Shown: positions 49,694-59,662, counted from the stretch's first letter. The stretch is DNA of 64,000 nucleotides from Candidatus Oleihabitans oleiphilus (GCA_018054125.1 JAGPKD010000001.1:27147-91146), one strand, 5' to 3'. Translations and numbers: made by a program. Notes: generated by a model not told the origin, from the sequence alone.

Positions 49694-49903
49694 CTAATCT
49701 TGTTTCCTTTGCTCTTTTATCTTTTTTACGATACTTTCTACCTCTTCTCCTTGCAGAATAAATTCTCTTTCTTTAGTATAGTCTCCATATCCCAGTTCAT
49801 ACTGCTCAAAGAAACGGATCATACCTACCGGTCCTAATTCTTTGGTTATAGCTGCTATGCCCAGTTTTCTTATAGCTGTTGGGGTTAATTTTTTAGTATT
49901 CAT
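49694..49903 (-). CDS. hypothetical 69-aa protein, copy 2 of the duplicated gene
   Basis: Identical to 46763..46972 and embedded in a ~480-bp duplicated segment. Confidence 0.4.
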   Translation of the reverse strand: MNTKKLTPTAIRKLGIAAITKELGPVGMIRFFEQYELGYGDYTKEREFILQGEEVESIVKKIKEQRKQD

Positions 49904-50050
49904 TCGCTATCACCTCCCATACCCATTTTATAGGAGAATTTACTTTTACCTTCAGTCTTATTTCCTTCTTCTTATGAAGAAGTTTATCATCTGTAGGGTA
50001 GATAGTAGGTAGTGTTATTATTGTTACTGTTATTTGCTGTTATTTTGGTA

Positions 50051-50356
50051 CTAACTGGCTTTGGAATAAATCTTTACTTCTGAATCAAGTTTATTTCCAA
50101 GTTTATCTGATTGTATTTCTAGGTCGTAGTGTGCTTGTAAATTAAGCCAGAATTTAGGCGACATCTGGAAATATCGACCCAATCTTAAGGCGGTATCAGC
50201 ACTAATTGCTCTTTTGCCCTGCACGATTTCATTAATACGGCGGGGTGGCACATTGATATCTTTAGCCAGCCGGTACTGGGAAATATGCATGGTATCCAAA
50301 AACTCTTCTTTTAATATTATCCCGGGATGTAGGGGTTCTATTTTTTTATTAGGCAT
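50051..50356 (-). CDS. higA: HigA-family antitoxin (XRE HTH)
   Basis: HPGIILKEEFL...ISQYRLAKDINVPPRRINEIVQGKRAISADTALRLGRYF is the canonical HigA HTH. Confidence 0.75.
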   Translation of the reverse strand: MPNKKIEPLHPGIILKEEFLDTMHISQYRLAKDINVPPRRINEIVQGKRAISADTALRLGRYFQMSPKFWLNLQAHYDLEIQSDKLGNKLDSEVKIYSKAS

Positions 50357-50369
50357 CTCTAATCACCTC

Positions 50370-50666
50370 CTAATGGTAATCAACAATTTCCACATCATAA
50401 GCGTCGTGAGCCTCCCATCTGAAGCAGATCCTCCACTTTTGGTTTATACGTGTGCTGTATTGTCCTTTTCGTTCCCCTCTCAAAATTTCCAAATGATTTG
50501 ACGGTGGAATCTTTAAAGATTGTAAATCAGGAGCTGCATCAATCATCCACAATTTCTTCATCGCCTTTCTCTGTATATCATCGGGAAATTTGAGAGAATA
50601 TTGGCGATGAAATATCTTCCTAGTTTCCTTACCCTTGAATGATTTAATCATGCTTATTATTAACAT
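50370..50666 (-). CDS. higB: HigB-family toxin (RelE/ParE superfamily)
   Basis: MIKSFKGKETRKIF...LKIPPSNHLEILRGERKGQYSTRINQKWRICFRW is the HigB killer-protein signature. It lies upstream of higA. Confidence 0.7.
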   Translation of the reverse strand: MLIISMIKSFKGKETRKIFHRQYSLKFPDDIQRKAMKKLWMIDAAPDLQSLKIPPSNHLEILRGERKGQYSTRINQKWRICFRWEAHDAYDVEIVDYH

Positions 50667-50725
50667 ATTACGTTAATAATGTCAAGCGTTATTATTTTTG
50701 ATTATAAAAACAGGGGAGAACGGGG

Positions 50726-50793
50726 GATAGAACATGGAAAAAAGGGGGACGGTTCTCTGTTTCATTAAAATAAAATATCTGAAGCAGGGAACC
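50726..50793. repeat. family F hairpin upstream of higBA
   Basis: ggggacggttctctgtttcattaaaataaaatatctgaagcagggaaccgtt. Confidence 0.7.
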
Positions 50794-50794
50794 G

Positions 50795-50858
50795 TTACTC
50801 CCCACTTACCCTAACCCTCTCCCTCGAGGGGAGAGGGGATTAGAATTGGGAGAGGAGG
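50795..50858. repeat. family C unit upstream of higBA
   Basis: cttaccctaaccctctccctcgaggggagaggggattagaattgggagagg. Confidence 0.7.
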
Positions 50859-51355
50859 ACCGGGGATGTTCCTTTGACAGGTTCCAAAATAAAATAGACT
50901 AAAGACCGTTCTTAAAAATGTAAAAAAATGGATAGGTTCTACATTTCTTAATTATTCTATAAACTGGCTTATTATTAGAATAAAAATATTCATATTCCAG
51001 TGTAATGGAATAGATAAATATAGGTTAAAAGAAAAGGGAAAAATAGGTCAGCCATTCTCTTTGACCAGCAGTTCTTATTGGATTGTCAAGTTGATGAAGA
51101 CCAGAAAGAAGTTATTTTTATAGCAGCTGGTGGTCATGAAAATTTTTACTGAGATTTAAAAAGATACTTAAAATTATTAGCAGATATAATGTATCATGTC
51201 TTTTTGTTCCTCGTTTTTTGTGTTATCATTGAATTGTTCCAGCCTATACTGTACACCTAAAGAATTAACTTTAAAGAATTAACTTTTTTATATAGTTGAC
51301 TTTATATATGAGTTAATTAAAAATATTAAAATATTTAAAGGAGGACTAAGTTACT

Positions 51356-51661
51356 ATGCCTGATTTTGGGAATGCCTTTTCTGGTTTAAAGAAAGATCGC
51401 AAATTAACCGAAGAAGAATTAATTCGAGCTATAAGATTCATGATTGCCGCTGAGTATGAGGCTATTCAGCTATATATGCAACTGGCTGAATCAACTGAGC
51501 ATAAATTAGCACAAGAGGTGTTAAAAGATATTGCTGATGAAGAACGGGTGCATGCCGGTGAGTTTCTCAGACTATTAAAAGAACTAGCACCTGATGAAGA
51601 AAAATTCTATACTGAGGGGGCTAAAGAGGTAGAGGAAGAAATCAGAAGGCTAAACATTTAA
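51356..51661 (+). CDS. small ferritin-like / rubrerythrin-like helical protein
   Basis: E..H diiron-like helices (AAEYEAIQLY ... EERVHAGEF). Weak call. Confidence 0.35.
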   Translation: MPDFGNAFSGLKKDRKLTEEELIRAIRFMIAAEYEAIQLYMQLAESTEHKLAQEVLKDIADEERVHAGEFLRLLKELAPDEEKFYTEGAKEVEEEIRRLNI

Positions 51662-51750
51662 AGATAAAGAGCTGGAGGTTAATTTAGAAGTTATCAAGGG
51701 AAACTTCCTCTGAATATTTTGCTGAATAAAGAATAAAAATAGGAGGGAAG

Positions 51751-52689
51751 ATGTCTAAACAAATTAAAAAAATAGCTGTTTTTGGAATTGGTGGTGTGGG
51801 CGGGTATTTTGGCGGGCGGATAGCTCACAAGATTAACAAAGATAATCTGGCTAAGGAAATTTATTTTATTGGGCGAGGAGAACATTTACAGACTATTCAA
51901 AAACAAGGCTTAACTTTGGTTACTGACCAGGAAGAGCTTCATTGTGTTCCTAATATCGCTACTGATAACCTAAGACATATTCCCACTCCTGATTTATATT
52001 TACTTTGTGTCAAGGGATATGACTTGGATAACGCAGTTACTTCCCTGGCCAAAAACATAGCTAATGATACTATAATTCTACCCTTACTCAATGGTATTGA
52101 TATCTATGAGCGGATTAGAGCTGGTTTACCCAAGGCGATTATTTCACCTGCTGCGGTATATATTTCCTCCAGTATAGAAAAGCCGGGTACTATCAGACAA
52201 AAGGGTTCAGAAGGGCATCTAGTCTTTGGCAAGGACCCTAAACAGGCCAGTTATGATTATCAGAATCTCCTGGAATTTTTTAAGGAGATGGAAATTAGTG
52301 CTACCTGGTATGAGAATCCCTATCCAGCAATATGGGAAAAGTATATCTTTATTGCTCCATTTAGCCTAACTACTGCTATTTCCGGAAAGTCTATAGGTGA
52401 AGTGCTGGCTGATAGCCACCTAAGAAATATTACCGAAAATATTATAAAAGAAATTGTTTCACTTGCCAGAGCAAAGAATATCGATTTAAGTCAGGATATA
52501 GTTGAGAAAACGATACAAAAAGCGGAAAGATTTCCCTACGAAACTAAAACTTCCTTTCAAAGGGATTACGAAAAAGGAAATAACAGGCATGAAGGAGATA
52601 TATTTGGTGGTACCTTAATTCGTATGGCAGAAGAACAGGGTATTGCTATCCCTACCATTACCGAAATCTATGGAAAATTAACTTCCTAA
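51751..52689 (+). CDS. panE: 2-dehydropantoate 2-reductase (ketopantoate reductase, ApbA/PanE family)
   Basis: N-terminal Rossmann fold (IAVFGIGGVGGYFGG) and an ApbA C-terminal domain. Confidence 0.7.
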   Translation: MSKQIKKIAVFGIGGVGGYFGGRIAHKINKDNLAKEIYFIGRGEHLQTIQKQGLTLVTDQEELHCVPNIATDNLRHIPTPDLYLLCVKGYDLDNAVTSLAKNIANDTIILPLLNGIDIYERIRAGLPKAIISPAAVYISSSIEKPGTIRQKGSEGHLVFGKDPKQASYDYQNLLEFFKEMEISATWYENPYPAIWEKYIFIAPFSLTTAISGKSIGEVLADSHLRNITENIIKEIVSLARAKNIDLSQDIVEKTIQKAERFPYETKTSFQRDYEKGNNRHEGDIFGGTLIRMAEEQGIAIPTITEIYGKLTS

Positions 52690-52819
52690 ACCAATTAATA
52701 GCTTTAGTAAAGATATCTTGGATAGCAAAGAAGTTATTTTTTCCTAGTGAAGGGGATGAATTTTTACCAAGCATTATTTTTTAGAAAATATCCAGGAAAT
52801 ATTAAATAAAGTTTAAGAA

Positions 52820-53412
52820 GTGTTAAAGAGTATTAGAGTTTTTCACAATAATTTTTACTTTTTAAAATACACAGGGGAAACAAAAAGGAAGACGGAGCAT
52901 CTTTTCCTCATAAAATTAATCCCTAAGAGAAAAAGAGTAAAGAAGAGAACCATCACCACCTATCAAATAGATTACCAGATAAAAAAGGAGAAATTAGAAA
53001 GTCTGAAACTCTCCGATGGAATCTACTGTATCCTTTCTAATCTTCCTGAAGAAAAGGACTCTTCCCTTTTAGTCTCCTCTTATAGATAAAAGGATTTATG
53101 GAGATCAGGCCTTTTTATCATCAGAAGGAAGAGAGGGTAAAATCTCATATCCTTATCTGTATCTTAGGCTATCTCTTACAGGTAACGGTAGAGTATCTCT
53201 TAAAAAGGAAGGGCTATCAGCTTACCTTTCAGGAATTCTATCAAAAGGCCAGTAGAATAAGGGCAGTAAAATTAGAGATAACCAATATTAGCAGGAAAGG
53301 ATTAAAACTGACTGAAGTTCCGGAAGAGGTACAGCTTCTTTTAAAGGCCTTAGACAGTGAAGAGTTCACCACCGAGAATTTCCTAGAAGGAATAGAAAAA
53401 AAGATGATATAG
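52820..53412 (+). pseudogene. C-terminal remnant of an IS4/IS1634-family DDE transposase, split over two frames
   Basis: RPFYHQKEERVKSHILICILGYLLQ is the conserved C-terminal block of IS4/IS1634 transposases. The remnant has no N-terminal half and contains a frameshift. It abuts the right inverted repeat. Confidence 0.55.
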
Positions 53413-53490
53413 TGAAATGTTTTTTGTAGCGGAAAGGCGTACTACCAAAGGAATTTCAAAAAAAGTGGCGAAGTTTACTTGACAAAAAAT
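53398..53490. repeat. right copy of the ~90-bp inverted-repeat pair (putative IS terminal repeat)
   Basis: Reverse complement matches 48088..48180. It lies immediately after the transposase remnant. Confidence 0.7.
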
Positions 53491-53973
53491 AATTAATTGT
53501 ATACAATATACAATAAATAAGTGATAAATATTATTATTTATTCCTATATAATAAGATATAATAAAAACACATATAGCTTGCTGAAATTGTTAAGTTGGCT
53601 GTGAAAAAGTTCTTATTGTATAAGTTATTTCTGTCTTATTCTCAACGCATACACACAATTTTATAGTTTTGTATCTCTGAGAGAATTAAATTCTTATTCT
53701 TTAAACAAGATAACCAGGTTGACAATACCTATTAGGTATTAAAAAAATAATTCCCATCTATTACATTAATATGTCTAAGGGGAAGGAATATATATGTCTC
53801 TATCAATCTGGACGTCAGACCACCCACCTTAGTAATATTACTTCAAATTAATTAATTTTATCTAAAATTGATTAATATTATTTATGTTACATGAAGTAGA
53901 ATTAATTCCAAATACTTTTAAAATTAAACAAGGTTAGAAACAACGACAATTTAAATAAGGAGGATATTTTATA

Positions 53974-55443
53974 ATGAAAAAGAAGAGATTAATACCCCAT
54001 ATTGTCTTAAAATGGATTATTTTAATTATAGCCAGTATATGGATACTTAATCCAGCCTTAGCACAAGAGACCCAAACTTTAGAAAATCTTGAATTTGATC
54101 CAGAAAGATATACTCAAGAAACTTTAACGATTGGAGACCTGACTGTAAATTATCGTGCCTATGAAAACATCGTTTATATTGCAAATCCAGTAGATACTCA
54201 CTATCAATCCCTGAATGTCTATATCCCAGAAGAATACTTTAATGGTGGCACTATAAATGGTTACACTGCCAAAACTGCTCCTATCTTCTTTCCCAATCAT
54301 GTAGGTGGTTATAATCCTGGAGACCCAGGAAGCCCTGGTGTAGATAGGGATGGTGAAAGTCCCAATTCTGAATTCCTGGCTTTGACAAAGGGTTATGTAG
54401 TAGTATCTCCTGGTGCTCGAGGAAAGACTAATCAGGACAAAGAAAGTGGACTATATTACGGTAAGGCACCAGCCTGCATCGTGGACCTGAAGGCTGCGGT
54501 CCGTTATGTGCGCTATAACGATGAGGTTATGCCTGGTGATGCCGAGAAGATTATCTCTAATGGTACCAGTGCGGGAGGTGCACTCTCCTCATTGCTTGGT
54601 GCTACCGGTAATCATCCGGATTATGAGCCTTTCTTAGAAACAGTAGGTGCAGCCGATGCACGGGACGATATCTTTGCGGCCTCTTGCTACTGCCCTATTA
54701 CCAACCTGGATAACTCTGATGCTGCCTATGAATGGTTATTTAATAAGGTATATAATTACAAATGGTTTAATGAGGGCGCATTAACTGAAGAGCAGATTGC
54801 CCTTTCCAATGAACTTAAGTCTTTATTCCCACCATATCTAAATAGTTTGGGGCTTAAGAAATCTGATGGCACTCCCTTAACACTGGATGAATATGGTAAT
54901 GGGACCTTCAGAGAATACGTAAAATACTTTGTGATTGACTCAGCACAAAAAGCTTTAGAGGATGGTGTAGATCTTTCTGAATTTGATTGGTTAACTATAA
55001 TAGGTGAAATTGTTGTGGACATTGACTTAGATGCCTTCCTGCAATATGCTACCAGAATGAAGCAACCCCCTGCCTTTGATGCCTTAAATGCCTCAACCTG
55101 GGAAAATATTTTGTTTGGCACTGAGAAAGTAGATACCCAGCATTTCACCCGCTATAGCTATGAGAATAGCACTGCCTATGGTACCCTTGCTGCTGCGAAA
55201 ATTGTGAAGATGTTAAATCCCATGAACTACATTGGTATGGAAGAAAGTACTATAGCTCCATACTGGCGTATCCGACATGGTGCTGTTGATAGAGACACAT
55301 CTCTGGCTATACCGGTAATCCTGGCAACTAAGCTGGAAAATGAAGGATATGACGTGGACTTCTTTGTGCCCTGGGGTCAAGGACATGGTGGAGATTACGA
55401 TTTAGAGGAACTGTTTGCTTGGGTTGATTCAATTTGCAAGTAA
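53974..55443 (+). CDS. secreted alpha/beta-hydrolase-fold esterase/lipase-like protein
   Basis: N-terminal signal peptide (IVLKWIILIIASIWILNPALA) and a GxSxG nucleophile elbow (NGTSAGG). Confidence 0.5.
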   Translation: MKKKRLIPHIVLKWIILIIASIWILNPALAQETQTLENLEFDPERYTQETLTIGDLTVNYRAYENIVYIANPVDTHYQSLNVYIPEEYFNGGTINGYTAKTAPIFFPNHVGGYNPGDPGSPGVDRDGESPNSEFLALTKGYVVVSPGARGKTNQDKESGLYYGKAPACIVDLKAAVRYVRYNDEVMPGDAEKIISNGTSAGGALSSLLGATGNHPDYEPFLETVGAADARDDIFAASCYCPITNLDNSDAAYEWLFNKVYNYKWFNEGALTEEQIALSNELKSLFPPYLNSLGLKKSDGTPLTLDEYGNGTFREYVKYFVIDSAQKALEDGVDLSEFDWLTIIGEIVVDIDLDAFLQYATRMKQPPAFDALNASTWENILFGTEKVDTQHFTRYSYENSTAYGTLAAAKIVKMLNPMNYIGMEESTIAPYWRIRHGAVDRDTSLAIPVILATKLENEGYDVDFFVPWGQGHGGDYDLEELFAWVDSICK

Positions 55444-55638
55444 TTTGTAAGAAATAAACATTTGGTAATAGAGGTAATGGTTATTATAGAACAAGAAGAG
55501 AAGTAGAGGTAGGCCCCTGGTTTTTTCCAGGGGCTTTTATTATGTCAGGGGACGGTCCTTTGGCAGATTTGAAAAGTAAATAATACTACCTTAAAGCATG
55601 CTATAGTAATAGGAATGTTTTTTTGATAAAATAAAAAA

Positions 55639-56652
55639 ATGAAAAAGAAGTTACCATTAGGAAAATTAGATTTTTCCCATCTTGAACAACTACTAAAAAA
55701 ATATTCCAGCCAGCCTGATTCCAGAGTGATAATTGGTCCCCGACTGGGGGAAGATGCAGCAGTTATTGACTATCCGGATCGCTACCTGGTGGCCAAAACA
55801 GATCCTGTTACCTTTGCTACCGAGCAGATTGGCTGGTATGCGGTGCAAGTTAATGCCAATGATATTGCTACCAGAGGAGCGGTACCAAAGTGGTTTCAAG
55901 CCACTATCCTCTTACCAGAAAACAAAACAACGGAAGAACTTGTGGATAATATCTTTTCTCAAATACACCAGGCCTGTACGGAATTGAACATAACCGTAAT
56001 TGGAGGTCATACTGAGATCAGTTATCATTTAGAAAGACCTATTATTGTTGGCGGTATGCTAGGTGAGGTGGAAAAGAATAAGCTGGTTTCTACCTCAGGA
56101 GCAAGGCCTGGCGATCTCCTTATCTTAACCAAAGGGATAGTCATCGAAGGAACCGCTATCATAGCCAGAGAGAAGAAGGAAGAATTAGAAAAAAGAGGGT
56201 ATCAGAAAAGCTTTATCCAGAAATGTCAGGACTTTATTTATAATCCCGGTCTTTCTGTAGTAAAGGAGGCTTTGCTGGCAAATAAGAGAGAGGTTCATGC
56301 CATGCATGATCCCACAGAAGGAGGTTTAGCCTGTGCCCTTTATGAGATTGCTCTGGCTTCCCGGGTTGGTCTTTTGGTAAAGAGAGAAAAAATACCCATC
56401 TTAAAAGAGGCTCAGCTACTTTGTAAGGAATACCATCTAGATCCTTTAAAGACTATTACTTCAGGAACTCTGCTCATTGCTACCTCACCAAACAATGCTA
56501 AGGAAATTACGACTGTTTTAAAAGAACATAGAATAAACTCTGCTGTGATAGGAGAAATAAAAGAAGAAAGTTTTGGCTTGAAAATAATAACCGATGGGAT
56601 TTTAGAAGACTTACCCTTTTCTGCCCAAGACGAGATTACCAAAATTTTTTGA
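55639..56652 (+). CDS. AIR synthase-related (PurM-like superfamily) protein
   Basis: PurM N-domain pattern GEDAAVIDYP...TDPVT...NDIATRGAVP. Confidence 0.55.
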   Translation: MKKKLPLGKLDFSHLEQLLKKYSSQPDSRVIIGPRLGEDAAVIDYPDRYLVAKTDPVTFATEQIGWYAVQVNANDIATRGAVPKWFQATILLPENKTTEELVDNIFSQIHQACTELNITVIGGHTEISYHLERPIIVGGMLGEVEKNKLVSTSGARPGDLLILTKGIVIEGTAIIAREKKEELEKRGYQKSFIQKCQDFIYNPGLSVVKEALLANKREVHAMHDPTEGGLACALYEIALASRVGLLVKREKIPILKEAQLLCKEYHLDPLKTITSGTLLIATSPNNAKEITTVLKEHRINSAVIGEIKEESFGLKIITDGILEDLPFSAQDEITKIF

Positions 56653-56743
56653 AAAAATTTTAATAATTTTGAGGAGGATAGTTTATAGTTGAAATTAATG
56701 GTAAAATTTATCAGTAATACAGAGTTAACGAGCAATATATTTT

Positions 56744-56778
56744 ATAGTATCGGAATTTCGAAAAAATTCTGATACTAT
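56744..56778. repeat. family D palindrome after the PurM-like gene
   Basis: atagtatcggaatttcgaaaaaattctgatactat. Confidence 0.8.
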
Positions 56779-56812
56779 AAAATACTCTTTTTAGATAAGA
56801 AACAATATATTT

Positions 56813-56844
56813 AGGTATCGGCATTTCAATAATTCCGATACCTA
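56813..56844. repeat. family D palindrome (near-perfect 14-bp arms)
   Basis: aggtatcggcatttcaataattccgataccta. Confidence 0.8.
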
Positions 56845-56983
56845 AATATAAAGGATTGATTTGTTATAAAAAATTTAGCAAAACAAGATATGCATTTCTT
56901 GAAAAGGAATTTTTCTTTATTTTTTAACTAACATTTAAACTAAATACTATATACTAAATACTAGATACTCAATACTGATAATT

Positions 56984-57020
56984 GAGGGGTTTCAGGGGAT
57001 ACCTCCCCTGAATATCTTGT
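56984..57020 (+). repeat. family B hairpin, 34 nt upstream of the MFS gene start
   Basis: gaggggtttcaggggatacctcccctgaatatcttg. Confidence 0.8.
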
Positions 57021-57053
57021 TTATACTATTCCTGAAATAAGATATCAATAGAA

Positions 57054-58322
57054 ATGAACATCAGTAACAATAAAGATAGAGAAGAAAAGTATTTTAATTG
57101 GCAGGTATTATTAGTTATATCACTTTCATCTATAGCTATGGGTATTTATCGGGATGGTGTTTCTTCTCTTTTCCCTTTTTTGCAAGCTGAATTCGAATTA
57201 AGCAGGGTTCAGGTAGCCTTTTATAGCACTTGCCTTTATCTTACCTCTTCAATTTTCAGCATATTTGGCGGAAGATTGGTGGACCTCAAAGGCACAAAAT
57301 GGGGGATGATTTCCGGGATTATTTTGGTAGGATTTTTTCTTATTCTCCATTCTATGGCATCTAATTTTACTTTTTTACTCATATTAGCTGCTTTTTCTGG
57401 TGTGGGAATGAGTATCAATCCTTCTGCGGCTAACAAAGGCATTACAGAATGGTTTTCTCCAAAATGGAGAAGCACGGCTACTGGAATTTGGAGTACTTCT
57501 TTCCCCATCGGTGGAGCTCTGGCGGCCAGTCTCTTACCTGTTTTGGGGATCTTGACTGGTTGGCGTAAATCTATTCTCATTCCTGGTTTTTTCATTTTAT
57601 TCTGTGGATTACTTATTTTTTTACTCTATAAGGATAGAGAAAAAGCACAGAATAACCTTAAAGAAAAAAGTGAACAGGAAATATCTTTTTGGAGGGGGTT
57701 TCGTGATTTAATTAAAAATAGAAATTTATTAACTATTTCAGTTTTTGGATTTTTTCTGGGGTCTACAGAGGGGGCAATTCTTACTCATTTTACCTTATTT
57801 TTATATCTAGATTATAGTTTGGTAGAGACTATAGCAGGTGCTGGATTTGCATTTGTTCAATTCGGAAGCATCTTTGGAAGGTTATTTTGGGGCGCGTTTT
57901 GCGATAAATTTCTGAATGCTGACCGTAAGAAAACTTTTTTAATTTTGAGTTTTATATTTCTTCTCACAACCTTATTCTTTGGTCTATTTTTAAAGAGAAT
58001 TATTTTCTCTCTTCCAATTTTGTTTTCTTTAGCATTTTTAACTGGATTTTCTGGCAGAGGTTGGGACGGCATTTTTTTTCCATCTGTTTCAGAAATGGTG
58101 AGAGAAGAACAAGTTGGAGCTGCTATAGGTATGTCTTTGTTGTTTACTCGAACTGGTATACTGGTATCACCTCTAATATTTGGTTTTATTGCTGATTTTA
58201 GAGGAGCGTACGATCTTAGCTGGATTCTGTTGGGTTTAATGTTATTTTTTAGTTCTATTATCTTTTACCTCAGAAGTTTTAATAAAGATGGGAATTTCAA
58301 TAATTCCTATACCTCAAGATAA
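57054..58322 (+). CDS. MFS transporter. The C-terminal codons run through a family D palindrome.
   Basis: 12 predicted TM segments and an MFS motif-A-like region (GGRLVDLKGTKW). Confidence 0.7.
   Translation: MNISNNKDREEKYFNWQVLLVISLSSIAMGIYRDGVSSLFPFLQAEFELSRVQVAFYSTCLYLTSSIFSIFGGRLVDLKGTKWGMISGIILVGFFLILHSMASNFTFLLILAAFSGVGMSINPSAANKGITEWFSPKWRSTATGIWSTSFPIGGALAASLLPVLGILTGWRKSILIPGFFILFCGLLIFLLYKDREKAQNNLKEKSEQEISFWRGFRDLIKNRNLLTISVFGFFLGSTEGAILTHFTLFLYLDYSLVETIAGAGFAFVQFGSIFGRLFWGAFCDKFLNADRKKTFLILSFIFLLTTLFFGLFLKRIIFSLPILFSLAFLTGFSGRGWDGIFFPSVSEMVREEQVGAAIGMSLLFTRTGILVSPLIFGFIADFRGAYDLSWILLGLMLFFSSIIFYLRSFNKDGNFNNSYTSR
58288..58316. repeat. family D palindrome (degenerate) inside the MFS gene 3' end
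   Basis: gatgggaatttcaataattcctatacctc. Confidence 0.6.
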
Positions 58323-58414
58323 GGAATGATTTGTTATAAAAGATTTTGAAAGACAAGAGAAAAGGTAATATATTATTATTACTTAGTGAGTATGATAAGA
58401 TTGATATAGAGATA

Positions 58415-58452
58415 AAGGGGTTCTCAAGGGGAAGTATTCCCCTTGAATATCC
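58415..58452 (+). repeat. family B hairpin, ~30 nt upstream of the proposed ThrC-like start
   Basis: aaggggttctcaaggggaagtattccccttgaatatcc. Confidence 0.8.
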
Positions 58453-58483
58453 CTGTTTTATAGAAAGGACGGAAAAATTAAAA

Positions 58484-59662
58484 ATGTTTTATTGCAGTCA
58501 TTGTCAGAAATATTATCCAGAAGATACCCATCTATGGAGATGTAATTGTGGAACTCCTTTTAGTTATCTTTATTCTGAGCAGCTTAGTTTTCCCAAAGAA
58601 AAAATTAAGGTTAGAGATAATACCATGTGGAGATATTGGGAAGCCTTACCGGGAGTAAATAAAGAGAATATTACCTCACTCGGTGAAGGCATGACCCCTC
58701 TTATTCCGGCATTACTTGAAGGACGTAAAATCTTATTTAAATTAGAATTTATCTCTCCTACCGGCTCCTTTAAGGATAGGGGTACTTCTTTTTTTATTAG
58801 CAAATTAAAGGACAGGAAGGTAACCAGAGTAATAGAAGATTCATCGGGTAATGCAGGGGCCTCCCTCGCTGCTTACTGTGCTTACTCTGGAATAAAGTGT
58901 GAAATTTATGTTCCGGAATATACTTCTGCGGGTAAGCTACTTCAGATTGAAATGTATGGAGCTAAAATAAAAAAAATATCAGGTAGTAGGGAAGATACAG
59001 CCATCGCTGCCATACAAGCAGCTCGTGAACATTACTATGCCAGTCATAATTGGAATCCTTATTTTCTGCAGGGAATTAAGACCATTGCTTTTGAAATCTG
59101 GGAACAATTGCTCTGGCAAGTGCCAGATAATATTATTGTACCTGCCGGCCAGGGTAGTTTGGTATTGGGATGCCACTTAGGTTTCAATGAACTAAAAGCT
59201 GCCGGGGAAATTAAAAAAGTACCCCGTATTTTTGCTGTGCAGGCTGCTAACTGTGCACCACTTTATCAGGCATTTTACCACGGATTATCAGATCCAGTAA
59301 AAATTGAGAAGAAAGAAACTATGGCGGAAGGGATTAGCTCCGCTTTCCCCATCCGTGGTAGAGAAGTTCTTTCTGTAATTAGAGATAGCAAGGGAGCAGT
59401 AATTGCAGTTGAGGAAAAGGAAATTGTGAATAGCTTACCCAAAGTAATTAAATTAGGTTTTTATATTGAGCCCACCAGTGCGGTAGCTACTGCCGGGTTA
59501 GCTCAATTATTTAGTAAAAATATTATCAAAGAGACCGAATCTACTGTAGTTATCCTTACCGGTTCAGGGCTGAAAGCAACTGATAAGATAGGAAAATTGA
59601 CACAGGCTCAAACAGGGAATAAGGATGATTCTTTATTCGACAACACCTCATTAAAAATGTAA
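58484..59662 (+). CDS. threonine synthase-like PLP enzyme with N-terminal zinc ribbon (tracked ORF from 58346 is over-extended through a family B hairpin; the true start is probably the ATG at 58484)
   Basis: Zinc ribbon CSHCQ...CNCG, PLP-lysine motif SFKDRGT, and the fold-type II motif ESSGNAGAS. Confidence 0.7.
   Translation: MFYCSHCQKYYPEDTHLWRCNCGTPFSYLYSEQLSFPKEKIKVRDNTMWRYWEALPGVNKENITSLGEGMTPLIPALLEGRKILFKLEFISPTGSFKDRGTSFFISKLKDRKVTRVIEDSSGNAGASLAAYCAYSGIKCEIYVPEYTSAGKLLQIEMYGAKIKKISGSREDTAIAAIQAAREHYYASHNWNPYFLQGIKTIAFEIWEQLLWQVPDNIIVPAGQGSLVLGCHLGFNELKAAGEIKKVPRIFAVQAANCAPLYQAFYHGLSDPVKIEKKETMAEGISSAFPIRGREVLSVIRDSKGAVIAVEEKEIVNSLPKVIKLGFYIEPTSAVATAGLAQLFSKNIIKETESTVVILTGSGLKATDKIGKLTQAQTGNKDDSLFDNTSLKM

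Noticed and set aside
44800-50900. Integron cassette array (TA cassettes separated by attC sites)
   Set aside because: The inter-module repeats lack the R''/L''/L'/R' architecture and the GTTRRRY core of attC. No intI or attI is visible. The same repeat families occur outside the island. Retained only as an analogy in the findings.
52820-53412. Intact IS transposase gene
   Set aside because: Only the C-terminal ~190 aa are present. They are split across two frames with no DDE N-terminal half, so it is called a pseudogene remnant.
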